This document shows, piece by piece, positions 10,635 to 21,280 of a stretch of DNA of 64,000 nucleotides. The notes under the pieces were generated by a model. The model did not search any database, was not told the origin of the DNA, and was given only the letters and a program-made list of their open reading frames with translations. The DNA comes from Vicinamibacteria bacterium. Its GTDB lineage: Bacteria > Acidobacteriota > Vicinamibacteria > Marinacidobacterales > Marinacidobacteraceae. Both the position numbers and the translations under genes were made by a program. The first letter of the stretch is position 1; every line of letters begins with the position of its first letter. The stretch is taken from assembly GCA_964291235.2 (NCBI GenBank), contig OZ219816.1, positions 1,248,001-1,312,000 on the forward strand, in the 5' to 3' direction.

Positions 10635-13600
10635 ATGGCGACCGCCTTCGGGGCCGCCCGATTCAGGCGGCGCGGCCTCACGTACTACCGCCGCGAACAC
10701 CTGCTGGTCGCTGCCGCCACCGCGATCGCGGTGGCGGTGCTGGTCGGCGCCCTGGTGGTCGGCGACTCGGTCCGGGGCAGCCTGAGAGCCGCGTTCACCG
10801 AGCGCCTCGGCGCCACCGATTACGCCGTCCTCCCGATCCACGCTTTCTCGGACGACCCGGACGCCGGACTGGGGGCGCGCCTGGCCGCCCGGGACGACTA
10901 CCGGTCCCGGTTCGAACCGGCCGTCCCCGTCTTCCGGCTTGCCGGCACCGTGGTGGGCCCGGGCGGCGAGACGGCTCCGGTGACGGTGTTCGGAGTGGAT
11001 GCCCGGTTCTTCCGTTTCCACGGCCTCGCGGATCGCGTGGAATCCGGAACCGCGCGGATCAGCACCGGTATCCGGCGGCTTGGATTCGTGCCCGGAGACG
11101 CGATCCTGATCTCGATCGGCGGACACGAAGACATCGCGGCGGCATCGCTGTTCGGGGAAAAGGAAGAGGCCGGCATCACCATCCGCCGGGAGGTCGCAGC
11201 CTGGCCAAATCCGGCCCCGGGCGTCGCTTCGGGGGATTTCGCGCTCTTTCCCGGGCAGGGGGCGCCCCGGGCGGTGTTCTTGCCGATCGACGACCTGCGG
11301 CGGGTGGTCGATGCGGACGGCGGAGGGCGAGGCGGGGAAGCGGCCGCGCCACGGGCGAACGCGCTTCTCATCCGCGCCGCGGGCGGGGGAGGAAGCGACC
11401 CGGAGGAACGGACAGCGGCGCTGACGGCCGCCCTCGCGGCGGTCTCTTCCCTGGATGACCGGGGCCTCTCCCTGTCGCCCGGAACAACGGGCATCGTCCT
11501 GGAAAGCCGCAGCCTGGTGCTCGCGGACCCGGTGGTGGAGGGGGCGTTCGCCGCGGCCGAGGCGCTGCGCCTCGATGCCGCTCCCGTCCTCACCTACCTG
11601 GCGACTTCCATCCGTGCCGCCGATCGGGAGACCCCGTATTCACTCATCAGCGGCATCCCGGCGCCGCTTCTCCCGGACGACGGTGAGCGGGAGGGCGGCC
11701 GGAACGTGATCCACCCGGGGCCGTGGTTGGCCGAGGACCTCGGCCTCCAGTCCGGAGACCCGATCGAACTCTCGTTCCTCGTCTGGGAGGAGCAAGGGCG
11801 GTTTCACACCGAGACGGCGTCGTTCGTCGCCGGGGCGCCGGTCGCCGGGGACGGCCTCTTTGGGGATCAGACGCTCGCGCCCGAGTTTCCCGGGGTCAGC
11901 GATTCGACCCGCATGGGCGACTGGGATCCGCCGTTTCCGGTGGATCTCGGCCGGATTCGGGAGCGCGACGAACGGTACTGGGAAGAGCACCGGACCCTCC
12001 CCAAGGCCTTCGTCCCGCTTCCGGTGGCGCGCCGGCTCTGGAGCATGCGCCAGGGAAGCGCCACTTCAGTCCGATTCACCCCCGAACGTCCCGGCGAGGA
12101 CGAGGGAGAGCTTGCGGCCGCGCTATCTGCCGCTCTCTCGACCGCTCTGCCGCCAGAGGAGTTCGGCCTCGTGCCGCTCGCGGTGCGGGAGCAGGGGCTG
12201 GAGGCATCGCGGGGGGCCACCGACTTCGGGCTCTACTTCCTCTACTTCTCCTATTTTCTGCTGGTGTCCGCGTTCGTGCTGCTCGCCCTCCTCTACCGGT
12301 TGGGGGTGGAGCGGCGGCTGCGGGAGATCGGCCTGCTGCTCGCCTGCGGCTGGTCGCCGGCGCGCGTCTCGCGCAGCCTGCTGGGTGAAGTTGCCGGCGT
12401 GGCAACGGCCGGAGCGGTGGCGGGCGCGTTCCTCGGCCTCCTGTACGCCACCGGAATGATCGGCCTGCTGTCCGGCGTCTGGGACGGAGCGGTGGCCGGG
12501 ACCCTCTCCCCGGATGCCGAAAGCGGGCGCACGGGCGGGGCACTCGGCGTGTCCCTGAGGTGGTCTTCCGTGCTGGCCGGCGGTTTCTCGGGAGTCCTGA
12601 TGGCCATGGGGGCCGCCTGGTGGACTCTGAGGAAGCTCGTCCGCTGCTCCCCGCGGGGACTCCTCGCCGGGAACCCGGTGGACGACCTCGCGGGGTGGAC
12701 CCAGGCGCCGCCGCCGCGGGCCTCGGGATCGGCGGCGCGCCGCTTCGGCCTGCTGACCGCGGTGGCGGGTGCGGCGCTTCTCGGACTGGGGCTGAGCGGA
12801 ACGATCGCGGAAGCGGGCGCCTTCTTCGGGGCGGGTTCAGCCCTGCTGGCAACGGCCCTGCTGTTCGCCTGGGCGCGGCTGAAGAGCCTCGCCGATCCGG
12901 CGCGGCGCGCCGTTGCCGCAGCCGGGAACTCGGGTCTGCGTGGCCTCGCCTTCCGCGCCACCACCTTCCGGCCCGGCCGGAGCCTCGCGGCGATGATCCT
13001 GGTGGCGTTCGCGGCGTTCACCCTGGTCGCGGTCGAGGCGTTCCGGAAACGTCCCGATCCCGGGACCCTCCCGGCGGGAGCGGGCGGGTTCGTGTCCATG
13101 ACCGAGACCGTCTTCGGTTCGCCCTGGGATCCCCGGGATCCGGAGGGCATCGAGGCGCTCTACCTGGAGCCGCCCGAAGCGTCGGGATTCCGCATCCAGC
13201 CACTGCGCCTCGCGGGCGACGAAGATGCCAGCTGCCTGAACCTCTACCGCCCCTCGCGGCCCCGCGTGATCGGGATTCCCAGAGCGCTCGCCGAGGAGAA
13301 CCGGTTCCCGTTCGGCGCCCATCTCGGGGAGAGCCCCGAGGAAATCGAAAACCCCTGGCGTCTGCTCTGGCGAGACCGGGAGTCGGGCGAGGCGATTCCG
13401 GTCATCGGCGACCAGAACTCGATGACCTACGTGCTCAAGTGGCCCGTCGGCGAGGAACGCGTCTTCCCGATCGGGGACGCGGGCGCCCCGGTACGGCTTC
13501 GGCTCGTGGGCACGCTCTGGGACAGTCTGTTCCAGGGCGAGTTGCTGATGGCCGAGGAAGATCTGCTGGACGCGCTACCCGCTCCCGATGGCTACCGGCT

Positions 13601-14142
13601 GTTTCTGACCGAGCCCGTCGAGAGCAACGAAGAATCTGAAGGAATCGCTTGCCGCCGCGGAAGCGGATGCCGGCGGCATGCTGTCCGCCGCGCTCGCCGA
13701 CTACGGGGCGATTTCGACCCCCACCCGGGTCCGGCTCGACGAGTTCCACCGCGTGGAGAACACCTATTTGTCCACCTTCCAGGCCCTCGGCGGCCTCGGG
13801 TTGCTGCTCGGCACCTTCGGCCTCGGCGCGGTGCTGCTCCGGAACGCGGACGAGCGACGCCAGGAGTGGGCGCTCCTCCGCGCCGCCGGCTACCGGCAGC
13901 GGGACTTCACCCGGCTCGGATTCTGGGAAAACGCCCTGCTCCTCAGCGCCGGGCTCGGCGCCGGAAGCATTGCCGCGCTCATCGCGATCCTCCCGGTGCT
14001 GGGGCAACGCGACGCCGGCGGCAGTCTCGGGCTATTGCTCCTGTTGCTCCTCGGGGTCCTGACCTTCGGCTTGGCCGCGGGGGCGTTCGCGGCCCGCCTG
14101 GCCGGGAACCGCCCGATTCTGGAGTCCCTCCGGGCCGGCTGA
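10635..14142 (+). CDS. Large FtsX/MacB-like ABC permease with an apparent frameshift near 13600-13660
   Basis: FtsX-type TM blocks (ERRLREIGLLLACGW); the C-terminal FtsX block (ENTYLSTFQALGGLGLLLG...ERRQEWALLRAAG...ILESLRAG) is in the +1 frame, 13678-14142. Confidence 0.85.
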
Positions 14143-14184
14143 TCGCGAACGGTTGCGGAGCCAGGGACCGCCCGCCCGTGTCTT

Positions 14185-14545
14185 CGCGCGACCTGGCCCG
14201 GATTTCTCATACTGCCGCCGCAGAGATCGATGCGAGGTGGTTCTCCTCTCGGCGGGAACCCGACCAGCCGGATAGCGTGTAGGCACGGGAACGCCGGCCT
14301 CCAGGCCGGCACAGCCCGCCGTAGGCGGGCGGCGGGACGGACCTGGTTGGCCGGGATGGCTCACTTTCTCGGACGGGAGCCCGTGAGCGCGAGCGGCGAG
14401 GAACCGCCCGCGGCGCTACGCGCCGCTGTGCCGGCCCCCACCGGGAGAACTGGCCTGGAGGTCGGTCCAGTTCTCCCGGTGGGGACTCCCGTGCCTACAC
14501 GATCCGTCCGGTCGGGGTCCGCGCCTGACGGCGTTCCCGTGCCCT
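14185..14545. repeat. REPIN-like composite repeat
   Basis: 15-bp inverted repeats CGTGTAGGCACGGGA (14276-14290) / TCCCGTGCCTACACG (14487-14501), a reversed REP unit at 14287-14340, an 18-bp stem CCCCACCGGGAGAACTGG...CCAGTTCTCCCGGTGGGG, and a tail shared with 21620-21700. Confidence 0.75.
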
Positions 14546-14622
14546 TGCGACACCAAGACACTGCCGGGGTCCAGGCCCGCCCGGGCCGAGAGTGGCGCCA
14601 TGGCGACGCTGGACGTCGCGGA

Positions 14623-14943
14623 TCAGACTTTGGGGTCCGGAGTAGCTCCATCGGCCGCGCCGTCCTGGAGCGCAAAGAGATGCGCGGTCGAGGCGGCGTG
14701 GCGGAATGGCCTCGCTTCGGCGTAGTCGGGGTCGGCGTACCACGCCTCCGCGGAAGCCCGGTCGGGAAACTCCAGAATGACCATCCGGCCGTCGAATTCG
14801 TCACCCTCCAGGGGAGTGACGGCGGCTCCGCGGGTCAGGAAGCGGCCTCCGTGTTTCTTCAGGGTGGCCGGCGTCCGGTCCGTGTACTTCCGGTACGTCT
14901 CCGCATCGTGAACGCTGATCATCGCGACAACGTAGGCAGGCAT
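14623..14943 (-). CDS. DUF1330 family protein
   Basis: MPAYVV...GGRFLTRG...LEG...VILEFPD...AWYADPDY pattern; RBS aaagga. Confidence 0.9.
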   Translation of the reverse strand: MPAYVVAMISVHDAETYRKYTDRTPATLKKHGGRFLTRGAAVTPLEGDEFDGRMVILEFPDRASAEAWYADPDYAEARPFRHAASTAHLFALQDGAADGATPDPKV

Positions 14944-14969
14944 CGGGTTTCCTTTCTGAGGTTGCGTGG

Positions 14970-16172
14970 CTAGCGCCCGAAGATGTGCTTCGGGATGTAT
15001 CCGGTGACCACCTGGGTCAGGTCCACCACCTCGCTGACACGGAAATCCACCGCGATGCTCGCGAGCGAGAGCGCCTTCGCCGGAGTGAGGCCCTTCGCTT
15101 CGCCCAGAAACTCCACGACCTCCCAGGTCGCCTGCCGGGCGGCCCGGTCCAGGTCGAGGTCGATCCCCATGACCATGTAGTAGTCATCGTCCTCGGCCCA
15201 GGGGGAGGAGGGCGCGCGGCCCTTGTGGACGTTGAACCGGAACACCCCGCTCAGGGACTGTTCGATCGCGGTGCCGCTCACTTCGCCGTCCCCCTGGGCG
15301 CCGTGGGGATCACCGGCGTAGAAGAGGGCGCCGGGATGAAAGACCGGGAGATACACCGTGGTCCCCGCCTTCAGGTCCTTCACGTCGAGATTGCCCCCGA
15401 AGGCTCCCGGCGGCCGCGAACCCTGGACTCCCGGCACCGTCACGCCCGGTTCTCCCACTACCGGGTCCGGCGCCACCGCGAGGATTCCCATGAAGGGCGC
15501 CAGCGGCACCTTGATGTCCTCCGCGAGGAAGGCCACCTCGCGGCCGTTCTCCCACCCCGTTCGGATCAGGTGGCGCGTCCCGGGCGGGATATCGAACGCC
15601 GGGTCGTCGGGACGGGCCCCCGGGTAGCTCTCGGAGAAGACCCCGCCGCGCGCGGAGGTGTTGTTGACACCCCACGGCGCCCGCGTCTCGACCGAAAGGA
15701 TCTCGATCTCGAGCATGTCTCCGGGCTCCGCGCCCTCGACGTACACCGGGCCGGTGATGACGTGGCCGCTGCGGCCCTCCCGCGGACGGCTCTCCCGGGA
15801 GGCCCAGAAGTCGAGGACGTCCTGGTGGATTTCGTCGCGCGGCACCCCAAGCGCGGTGAGCCAGGCCACCGGCTCCTCATCCTGGACGGCGCCGTTATGC
15901 GTGAGCGTGTCCATCCGCACGGTCTCGCCGGGCCGGACCCGGAGCACCGGTTCCTTGTCGATCGGAAACCAGCCCCAGCTCAGGTTCCCGGGCGACGAGG
16001 GGACGAAATGGTCCGCCTCCAGCGGCGCGGGGGGGCCGCCCGCCGCCGGATCTCCATCCGTCGCGCTTCCATCCGTGGCCGCCTCCGGAGGGGCGCAGCC
16101 GGCGCCGGCCAGGAGTGCGCAAAACACCAGCGGCCGGCACAATCCCGGCCGGATTCCGTTCTCAGGTCGCAT
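14970..16172 (-). CDS. Acetamidase/formamidase family lipoprotein
   Basis: GHVITGPVYVEGAEPGD, GGNLD, GDPHGAQGDGEVSGTAIE; lipobox-like AGAGC. Confidence 0.9.
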   Translation of the reverse strand: MRPENGIRPGLCRPLVFCALLAGAGCAPPEAATDGSATDGDPAAGGPPAPLEADHFVPSSPGNLSWGWFPIDKEPVLRVRPGETVRMDTLTHNGAVQDEEPVAWLTALGVPRDEIHQDVLDFWASRESRPREGRSGHVITGPVYVEGAEPGDMLEIEILSVETRAPWGVNNTSARGGVFSESYPGARPDDPAFDIPPGTRHLIRTGWENGREVAFLAEDIKVPLAPFMGILAVAPDPVVGEPGVTVPGVQGSRPPGAFGGNLDVKDLKAGTTVYLPVFHPGALFYAGDPHGAQGDGEVSGTAIEQSLSGVFRFNVHKGRAPSSPWAEDDDYYMVMGIDLDLDRAARQATWEVVEFLGEAKGLTPAKALSLASIAVDFRVSEVVDLTQVVTGYIPKHIFGR

Positions 16173-16184
16173 CGGGCGCCTCCG

Positions 16185-17855
16185 CTAACGGCCGGAGCCG
16201 CCGGTTGACCCGGTCCGCATCCCGCGGTTCGGGCCGGTGAAATCCGGCTGCACGTCGGAATCGGCGAGATCCCAGGCCAGTTGGTACACGAGCCGGACGA
16301 TCCGTTCCATCTTCTCGTATTCGATCTTCTCGGGCCGGTCGTAGATCGTGTGGTAGTCGGGGTGGAGGCCGGTGTGGAAGAAGAGGGCGGGGACCCCGGT
16401 CTGGAGGAAGGGCCACTGGTCGCTGCGGCGGAGCAGGTTCGAGGCGTTGTTGTCGTACCGCATCTTGAGGTCGAGCTCGGATTCCCGGTTCGCGGAACGC
16501 ACCATCTCGGTCAGGCTCCGGCTGTAGCTGTGGCCCAGGATGTTCACCGCGTTGGCGTTCGAGGCGGCCGTTTGCGGTTCGAGACCCCGGAAGCGCCGGC
16601 CACCGCCCCGGCGGACCTCTTCGTTGCGCCCGATCATGTCCATGTTCAGGACGGCCACCGTCTGCTCCAGCGGGTGCAGCGGGTTCAGCGTGTAGGCCCA
16701 GGCACCGAGCAGCCCACGCTCTTCCGAGTTCCACCCCGCCAGCAGGATGGAGCGCCGGGGCCGCTGACCGGCCCGGGCGGCGCGCCCAAGCGCTTCGGCG
16801 ATCTCGATGAGGGCAACGGTGCCGGAACCATCGTCGTCGGCGCCGGGCCACACGAGATTCCCGTCCGCGCCGTCGTGGTCGTAGTGGGCGCAGATGATGA
16901 TCCATTCGTCAGGGGCTTCGCTCCCGGGAAGGAGACCCACCACGTTGCGGTCGGGGGCGGTCGTGCGGTTCACCGCGGTGGCGAGCCGCACGCGGGCGTC
17001 AAGGGGCAACGGGGCGTTCATCCCGCCGTCGGCCATCACCCCGAGTTCGGCCAGCGTGTGTCCGCTGCCGGCGAGCAGCGTTTCCGCGACCCGCGGCGAG
17101 ATCACCGCGGCCGGGATCTCGACCGACTCCACCCACTCGGCCAGGGTGATCCGGGGAACCCGCCGGGGCGGATCCGGCCAGGCGCCCCGCGCGCTCGCGG
17201 CAAAGTCGAACGCGCCCGGGTGCTGATGGACGTCCCGCACGAAGAGCACTCCCTCCGCGCCGGCGCGGGCCGCCGCCACCGCCTTGCGGAAGGGACGCGA
17301 GGGCTCGGAAGTAGTGAGGCCGTCGAAGAGGCTCGCCGGGTCCGCTTCGCCGGGTTCGTGGTCGAAGATCAGGGCGATGCGTCCGGACAGGTCGGCGCCC
17401 TCCCAGTCATCCCAGCCGAAGGGAGGCGCCCGGATGCCGAATCCAGCGAACGCGAGCGCGCCCTCGGCCACCGCCGACGGCGAGAAGCGCTGGGGATAGA
17501 AGCCCTCCCCGAGCTGGACCGCCTGGACCACCTCGCCCATGACTTCCAGCCGGTTCCCGTCCCCAAGAGCACTGTGCGCGAGCCGGTAGCCCTGGAAGTA
17601 GGAACCGCCCGGGGCCTCGAGCCCGGCGCGGGCGAAACGGCTCGCCACGAACTCGGCGGCGAGACGGTTCTCCGGCGTCTCGCTGAGGCGGCCCTGCATC
17701 CCGTCGGAAGCGAGGAAGAAGAGGTCGGCGCGCAGATCGGCGGCGGTGATCGACTCCACCTCCGGCGCCTGGGCGCCGCCCGGTTGGGCGGCGGCTCCGG
17801 CGGCGAACAGCAAGCTCGACGCGACCAGCGCGGCTGAGCGGGGATGGCTTCGCAT
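16185..17855 (-). CDS. M28 family peptidase with PA domain
   Basis: AHYDH, GADDDGSG, SEERGLLG, NMDMIGR, RSDQWPF, HPDYH; start at MRSHPRS. Confidence 0.9.
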   Translation of the reverse strand: MRSHPRSAALVASSLLFAAGAAAQPGGAQAPEVESITAADLRADLFFLASDGMQGRLSETPENRLAAEFVASRFARAGLEAPGGSYFQGYRLAHSALGDGNRLEVMGEVVQAVQLGEGFYPQRFSPSAVAEGALAFAGFGIRAPPFGWDDWEGADLSGRIALIFDHEPGEADPASLFDGLTTSEPSRPFRKAVAAARAGAEGVLFVRDVHQHPGAFDFAASARGAWPDPPRRVPRITLAEWVESVEIPAAVISPRVAETLLAGSGHTLAELGVMADGGMNAPLPLDARVRLATAVNRTTAPDRNVVGLLPGSEAPDEWIIICAHYDHDGADGNLVWPGADDDGSGTVALIEIAEALGRAARAGQRPRRSILLAGWNSEERGLLGAWAYTLNPLHPLEQTVAVLNMDMIGRNEEVRRGGGRRFRGLEPQTAASNANAVNILGHSYSRSLTEMVRSANRESELDLKMRYDNNASNLLRRSDQWPFLQTGVPALFFHTGLHPDYHTIYDRPEKIEYEKMERIVRLVYQLAWDLADSDVQPDFTGPNRGMRTGSTGGSGR

Positions 17856-17970
17856 CGTGATCCCTCCCGAGGGCGGCGAGTCTATCCGGGCGGGCCGAGA
17901 CCTCAGCCGGACCACGCAATCGGACGGGGCAGGGGATTCCCCGCCTCTCGGGCGGATACGATTTCCCACC

Positions 17971-20154
17971 ATGAGCCGTACCCGCCTTCTCCCTCTCCTT
18001 CTCGCCTCCGTAGTCGCGTGGCCGCTGGCCGCCGGGGCGCAGTCCGACGAACCGGCCCGGGGATTCCTGGCCGGCCAGTGGCAGCAGCAGCTCGAGCTGG
18101 AGGAACGCTTCCGTGCGATTCCGGACCCGGCCCGGCTCCGGGAGTACATGGAGTTCATGACCGAGGAACCGCATATCGCGGGACTTGGGCACGGCAGCAA
18201 GCGGGTCGCCGACTACGCCCTCGAGAAGTTCCTCTCCTTCGGACTCGACGCCGAGATCGAAGTGACCGAGGCGCTCATGCCGCTCCCGATCGACCGGCAT
18301 GTCGAGGTCCTCGGGCCCGAGCCCTACACCCTGCGGCTCGCGGAACCGGGAGTTCCGGGGGACAAGGATTCCTCCGATCAGGGACGCCTGCCGACGTACA
18401 ACGCCTACGCCGCCGACGGGGACGTGACCGGGGACGTGATCTACGTGAACTACGGCATTCCCGGGGACTACGAGAAACTGGCGGAACTTGGGATTTCCGT
18501 CGAGGGAAAGATCGTGCTGGCTCGCTACGGCCGGAGCTGGCGCGGCATCAAGGCCAAGCTGGCCCAGGACAACGGGGCGATCGGGGTGCTCATCTATTCG
18601 GATCCTGAAGAGGACGGCTACTACCAGGGTCTCACGTATCCCGACGGCCCCTACCGCCCCAAGTGGGGGGTGCAGCGCGGCTCCATCATGGACATGCCGG
18701 TCCATCCCGGCGATCCCCTGACCCCGGGCTGGGGCGCCACCGAGGATCGGGAGAAGCTGACCCGCGAAACGGCGCGCACCCTGGTGCGCATTCCGGTTCT
18801 CCCCATTTCCTGGGGTGATGCGTTGCCCATTCTGGAGCAGCTTCGCGGCACGCCGGCGCCGAACGACGACTGGAAGGGAGCCCTCCCCATCACGTACCAC
18901 ATCGGTCCGGGACCGGCCGAGGTCCGGATGCGCACCGCCTACGACTGGCAGGTGCGCCCCATCTACAACGTGATCGCCCGGATCGAAGGCTCCACCTATC
19001 CCGACGAGTGGATCGTGCACGGGAACCACCACGACGGCTGGTGCGCGGGAGCCACCGATCCGATCAGCGGCGCCGTACAGCTCATGGAGACGGCCCGCGG
19101 CTTCGGCGAACTGCTGCAGGCGGGGATCCGCCCGCGTCGGACAGTCGTCTTCGCGCTTTGGGACGCGGAAGAGTGGGGCCTGCTGGGCTCGACCGAGTGG
19201 GCCGAAACCCATCGCGACGATCTCGGAGAAAAGGGCGTCGTCTATATCAACTCCGACAGCACCGGCAAGGGTTGGCTCAGCATGGCGGGAAGCCACACCC
19301 TCCAGCGCTTCCTGAACGAGGTGGCGCGCGACATCGAGGATCCCGAGAGGGGGACGAGCGTCTTCGACGCGGCGCGGGAGCGTCGGCTCGAGACCGCCGC
19401 GAATCCCGACCTCCGCCAGGAGATCGAGCAGAGCGACGATCTCCGGCTGGCGGCGCTTGGGTCCGGTTCCGACTACACGGTCTTCATCGACCACCTGACC
19501 ATGGCGTCGCTCAACCTCGGCTTCGGCGGCGACAGCCCGGGCGGCGTGTACCACTCGAACTACGACTCTTTCCATTGGTACCTGAACTACTCCGACAGTG
19601 ATTTCGTCTTCGGACGCGCCCTCTCGCAGTTGATTGGCACCTCCATGCTGCGGCTTGCGAACGCGGCGATCCTTCCCTTCGGGTTCACGGATCTCGCCGA
19701 CGCCATGCAGTCCTACGTGGAGGAGATTCGGGAGACCCACGCCGCGATGGAGTCGCCCGAGGAAATTGACTTCGACGCCATCGAGGGAGCGCTCGAGGCG
19801 CTTCGCGATGCAGGGCAGGGATACGAGGAGGCGCTCGCCGGACTCAGCGACGCCTCGGCCGAGGCGGTGCTCACAAACGCCCGGGTTTCGGAGCTGAACC
19901 AGCTCCTCTACACCTCGGAACGGCGTCTCGGGTACGACGAGGGGCTTCCGAACCGGGAGTGGTTCCGCCATCAGGTGTATGCGCCCGGCTTCTACACCGG
20001 CTACGGCGTGAAGACGATCCCGGGTGTCCGCGAAGGCATCGAAGAGGAAGAGTGGGAGGCCGCCCGGTTCTACGTGCGGGTGGTCAGCGAAGCTCTCTCA
20101 TCGCTGACGGAACAGGTTCAGGCAGCCGAGCAGATCATCGCCTCGCTGCGTTAG
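17971..20154 (+). CDS. M28B glutamate carboxypeptidase II-like peptidase (PA + transferrin-receptor-like dimerisation domain)
   Basis: YVNYG, GVQRGS, GNHHDGW, GATDPISG, WDAEEWGLLGSTEW, LGSGSDY, YHSNYD. Confidence 0.92.
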   Translation: MSRTRLLPLLLASVVAWPLAAGAQSDEPARGFLAGQWQQQLELEERFRAIPDPARLREYMEFMTEEPHIAGLGHGSKRVADYALEKFLSFGLDAEIEVTEALMPLPIDRHVEVLGPEPYTLRLAEPGVPGDKDSSDQGRLPTYNAYAADGDVTGDVIYVNYGIPGDYEKLAELGISVEGKIVLARYGRSWRGIKAKLAQDNGAIGVLIYSDPEEDGYYQGLTYPDGPYRPKWGVQRGSIMDMPVHPGDPLTPGWGATEDREKLTRETARTLVRIPVLPISWGDALPILEQLRGTPAPNDDWKGALPITYHIGPGPAEVRMRTAYDWQVRPIYNVIARIEGSTYPDEWIVHGNHHDGWCAGATDPISGAVQLMETARGFGELLQAGIRPRRTVVFALWDAEEWGLLGSTEWAETHRDDLGEKGVVYINSDSTGKGWLSMAGSHTLQRFLNEVARDIEDPERGTSVFDAARERRLETAANPDLRQEIEQSDDLRLAALGSGSDYTVFIDHLTMASLNLGFGGDSPGGVYHSNYDSFHWYLNYSDSDFVFGRALSQLIGTSMLRLANAAILPFGFTDLADAMQSYVEEIRETHAAMESPEEIDFDAIEGALEALRDAGQGYEEALAGLSDASAEAVLTNARVSELNQLLYTSERRLGYDEGLPNREWFRHQVYAPGFYTGYGVKTIPGVREGIEEEEWEAARFYVRVVSEALSSLTEQVQAAEQIIASLR

Positions 20155-20237
20155 GCGCGCGGCGCTTCCACCCGGTTCGACCCTCGAATTCGGCCTTCCG
20201 GCCCGTGCTGGAAGCACGCCCCTGAGCGTCGCGTCCC

Positions 20238-21215
20238 ATGCGCAAATTCCTGGCGTTCGCCGCCGTCTATCTGATCTGGGGTTCCACCTACCTGGCCATC
20301 GGGGTCGGGGTGCGGGACATCCCGCCCTTCCTGATGGCCGGTGTCCGCTTCCTGATTGCGGGAGGGATCCTCTTCCTCTTCGCGAGGCGCGGCGAAGCTC
20401 CGCTTACCCGGCGCGAGTGGATGGAAGCGGGACTCGCCGGTCTCCTCTTCTTCACCTCGGCCCACGGGCTCGGGCACTGGGCCCAGGTGCGCATTCCCTC
20501 GGGCGTCGCCGCCGTGCTGGTGGCAACGGTGGTCTTCTGGATCACCGGCCTCGACGCGGCGTTCGTGACCCGGCGCCTCCCGAAAGCCCTTCCGGTGTTG
20601 TGCGTACTCGCCGGTTTTTCCGGGGTGGTGGTGCTGGTCGCACCCTGGCGGTCGGAGGCGCTGCTCGATCCGGCAGGGGTCCTCGCCATGCTGGCCGCCC
20701 CAATCGCGTGGGCGACCGCGAGCCTCTGGTCCCGCCGGCCCACGATGCCCCGCTGCCTCCCGCTTTCGGCCGGCGCCCAGATGCTCGTTGGGGGCGCGGC
20801 ATTGCTGGCGGTCGGAACCGCCGCGGGAAACTGGCAGGCGCTTTCCCTGTCCGAGATTGGACTCCCGGCGCTCGGTGCGCTCTTCTACCTCGTCGTGTTC
20901 GGCTCGATCGTCGCCTTCGTCGCCTACACCTGGCTCCTATCGCACGTCGAGGCGGCCGTCGCCGCGACCTACGCATTCGTGAACCCGCTCATCGCCGTCG
21001 TGCTCGGCTGGCTGATTCTGAATGAAGACCTCTCCCCCCGGCTCTGGCTGGCGCTCGCGCTGATCGTGGTGCCGGTGGCGCTCCTGCAATGGCACGAGGC
21101 CCGGCTCCGGGCCGCCACCGCCGCCGGCGCAGCACACCCTGCCGAACCCGCACCACGCGGATTGCTGCATGCCGCGGACGCCGCCCGTCGTCCGAGGCGC
21201 GCAGGGTTCCGCTAG
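20238..21215 (+). CDS. EamA/DMT family transporter (YedA-like)
   Basis: VYLIWGSTYLAI, PPFLMAGVRF, YAFVNPLIAVVLG; about 10 TM segments. Confidence 0.92.
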   Translation: MRKFLAFAAVYLIWGSTYLAIGVGVRDIPPFLMAGVRFLIAGGILFLFARRGEAPLTRREWMEAGLAGLLFFTSAHGLGHWAQVRIPSGVAAVLVATVVFWITGLDAAFVTRRLPKALPVLCVLAGFSGVVVLVAPWRSEALLDPAGVLAMLAAPIAWATASLWSRRPTMPRCLPLSAGAQMLVGGAALLAVGTAAGNWQALSLSEIGLPALGALFYLVVFGSIVAFVAYTWLLSHVEAAVAATYAFVNPLIAVVLGWLILNEDLSPRLWLALALIVVPVALLQWHEARLRAATAAGAAHPAEPAPRGLLHAADAARRPRRAGFR

Positions 21216-21280
21216 CGGGGATGTCTCAGCCTCACGACGTCAGGCAGGGAGCAGATCCCGACCAAGGAAACCGTCCCGAC

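Noticed and set aside
13660-14282. C-terminal ~200 aa of the 1215-aa ORF as real protein
   Set aside because: Arg/Pro-rich off-frame sequence; the true FtsX domain is in the +1 frame ending at 14142
17407-19971. Long antisense ORFs (854 aa here; also 889-2739, 8732-10681, 41751-43886, 46869-48941, 54098-55942, 56655-58298)
   Set aside because: Shadow ORFs of high-GC coding genes with no recognisable motifs
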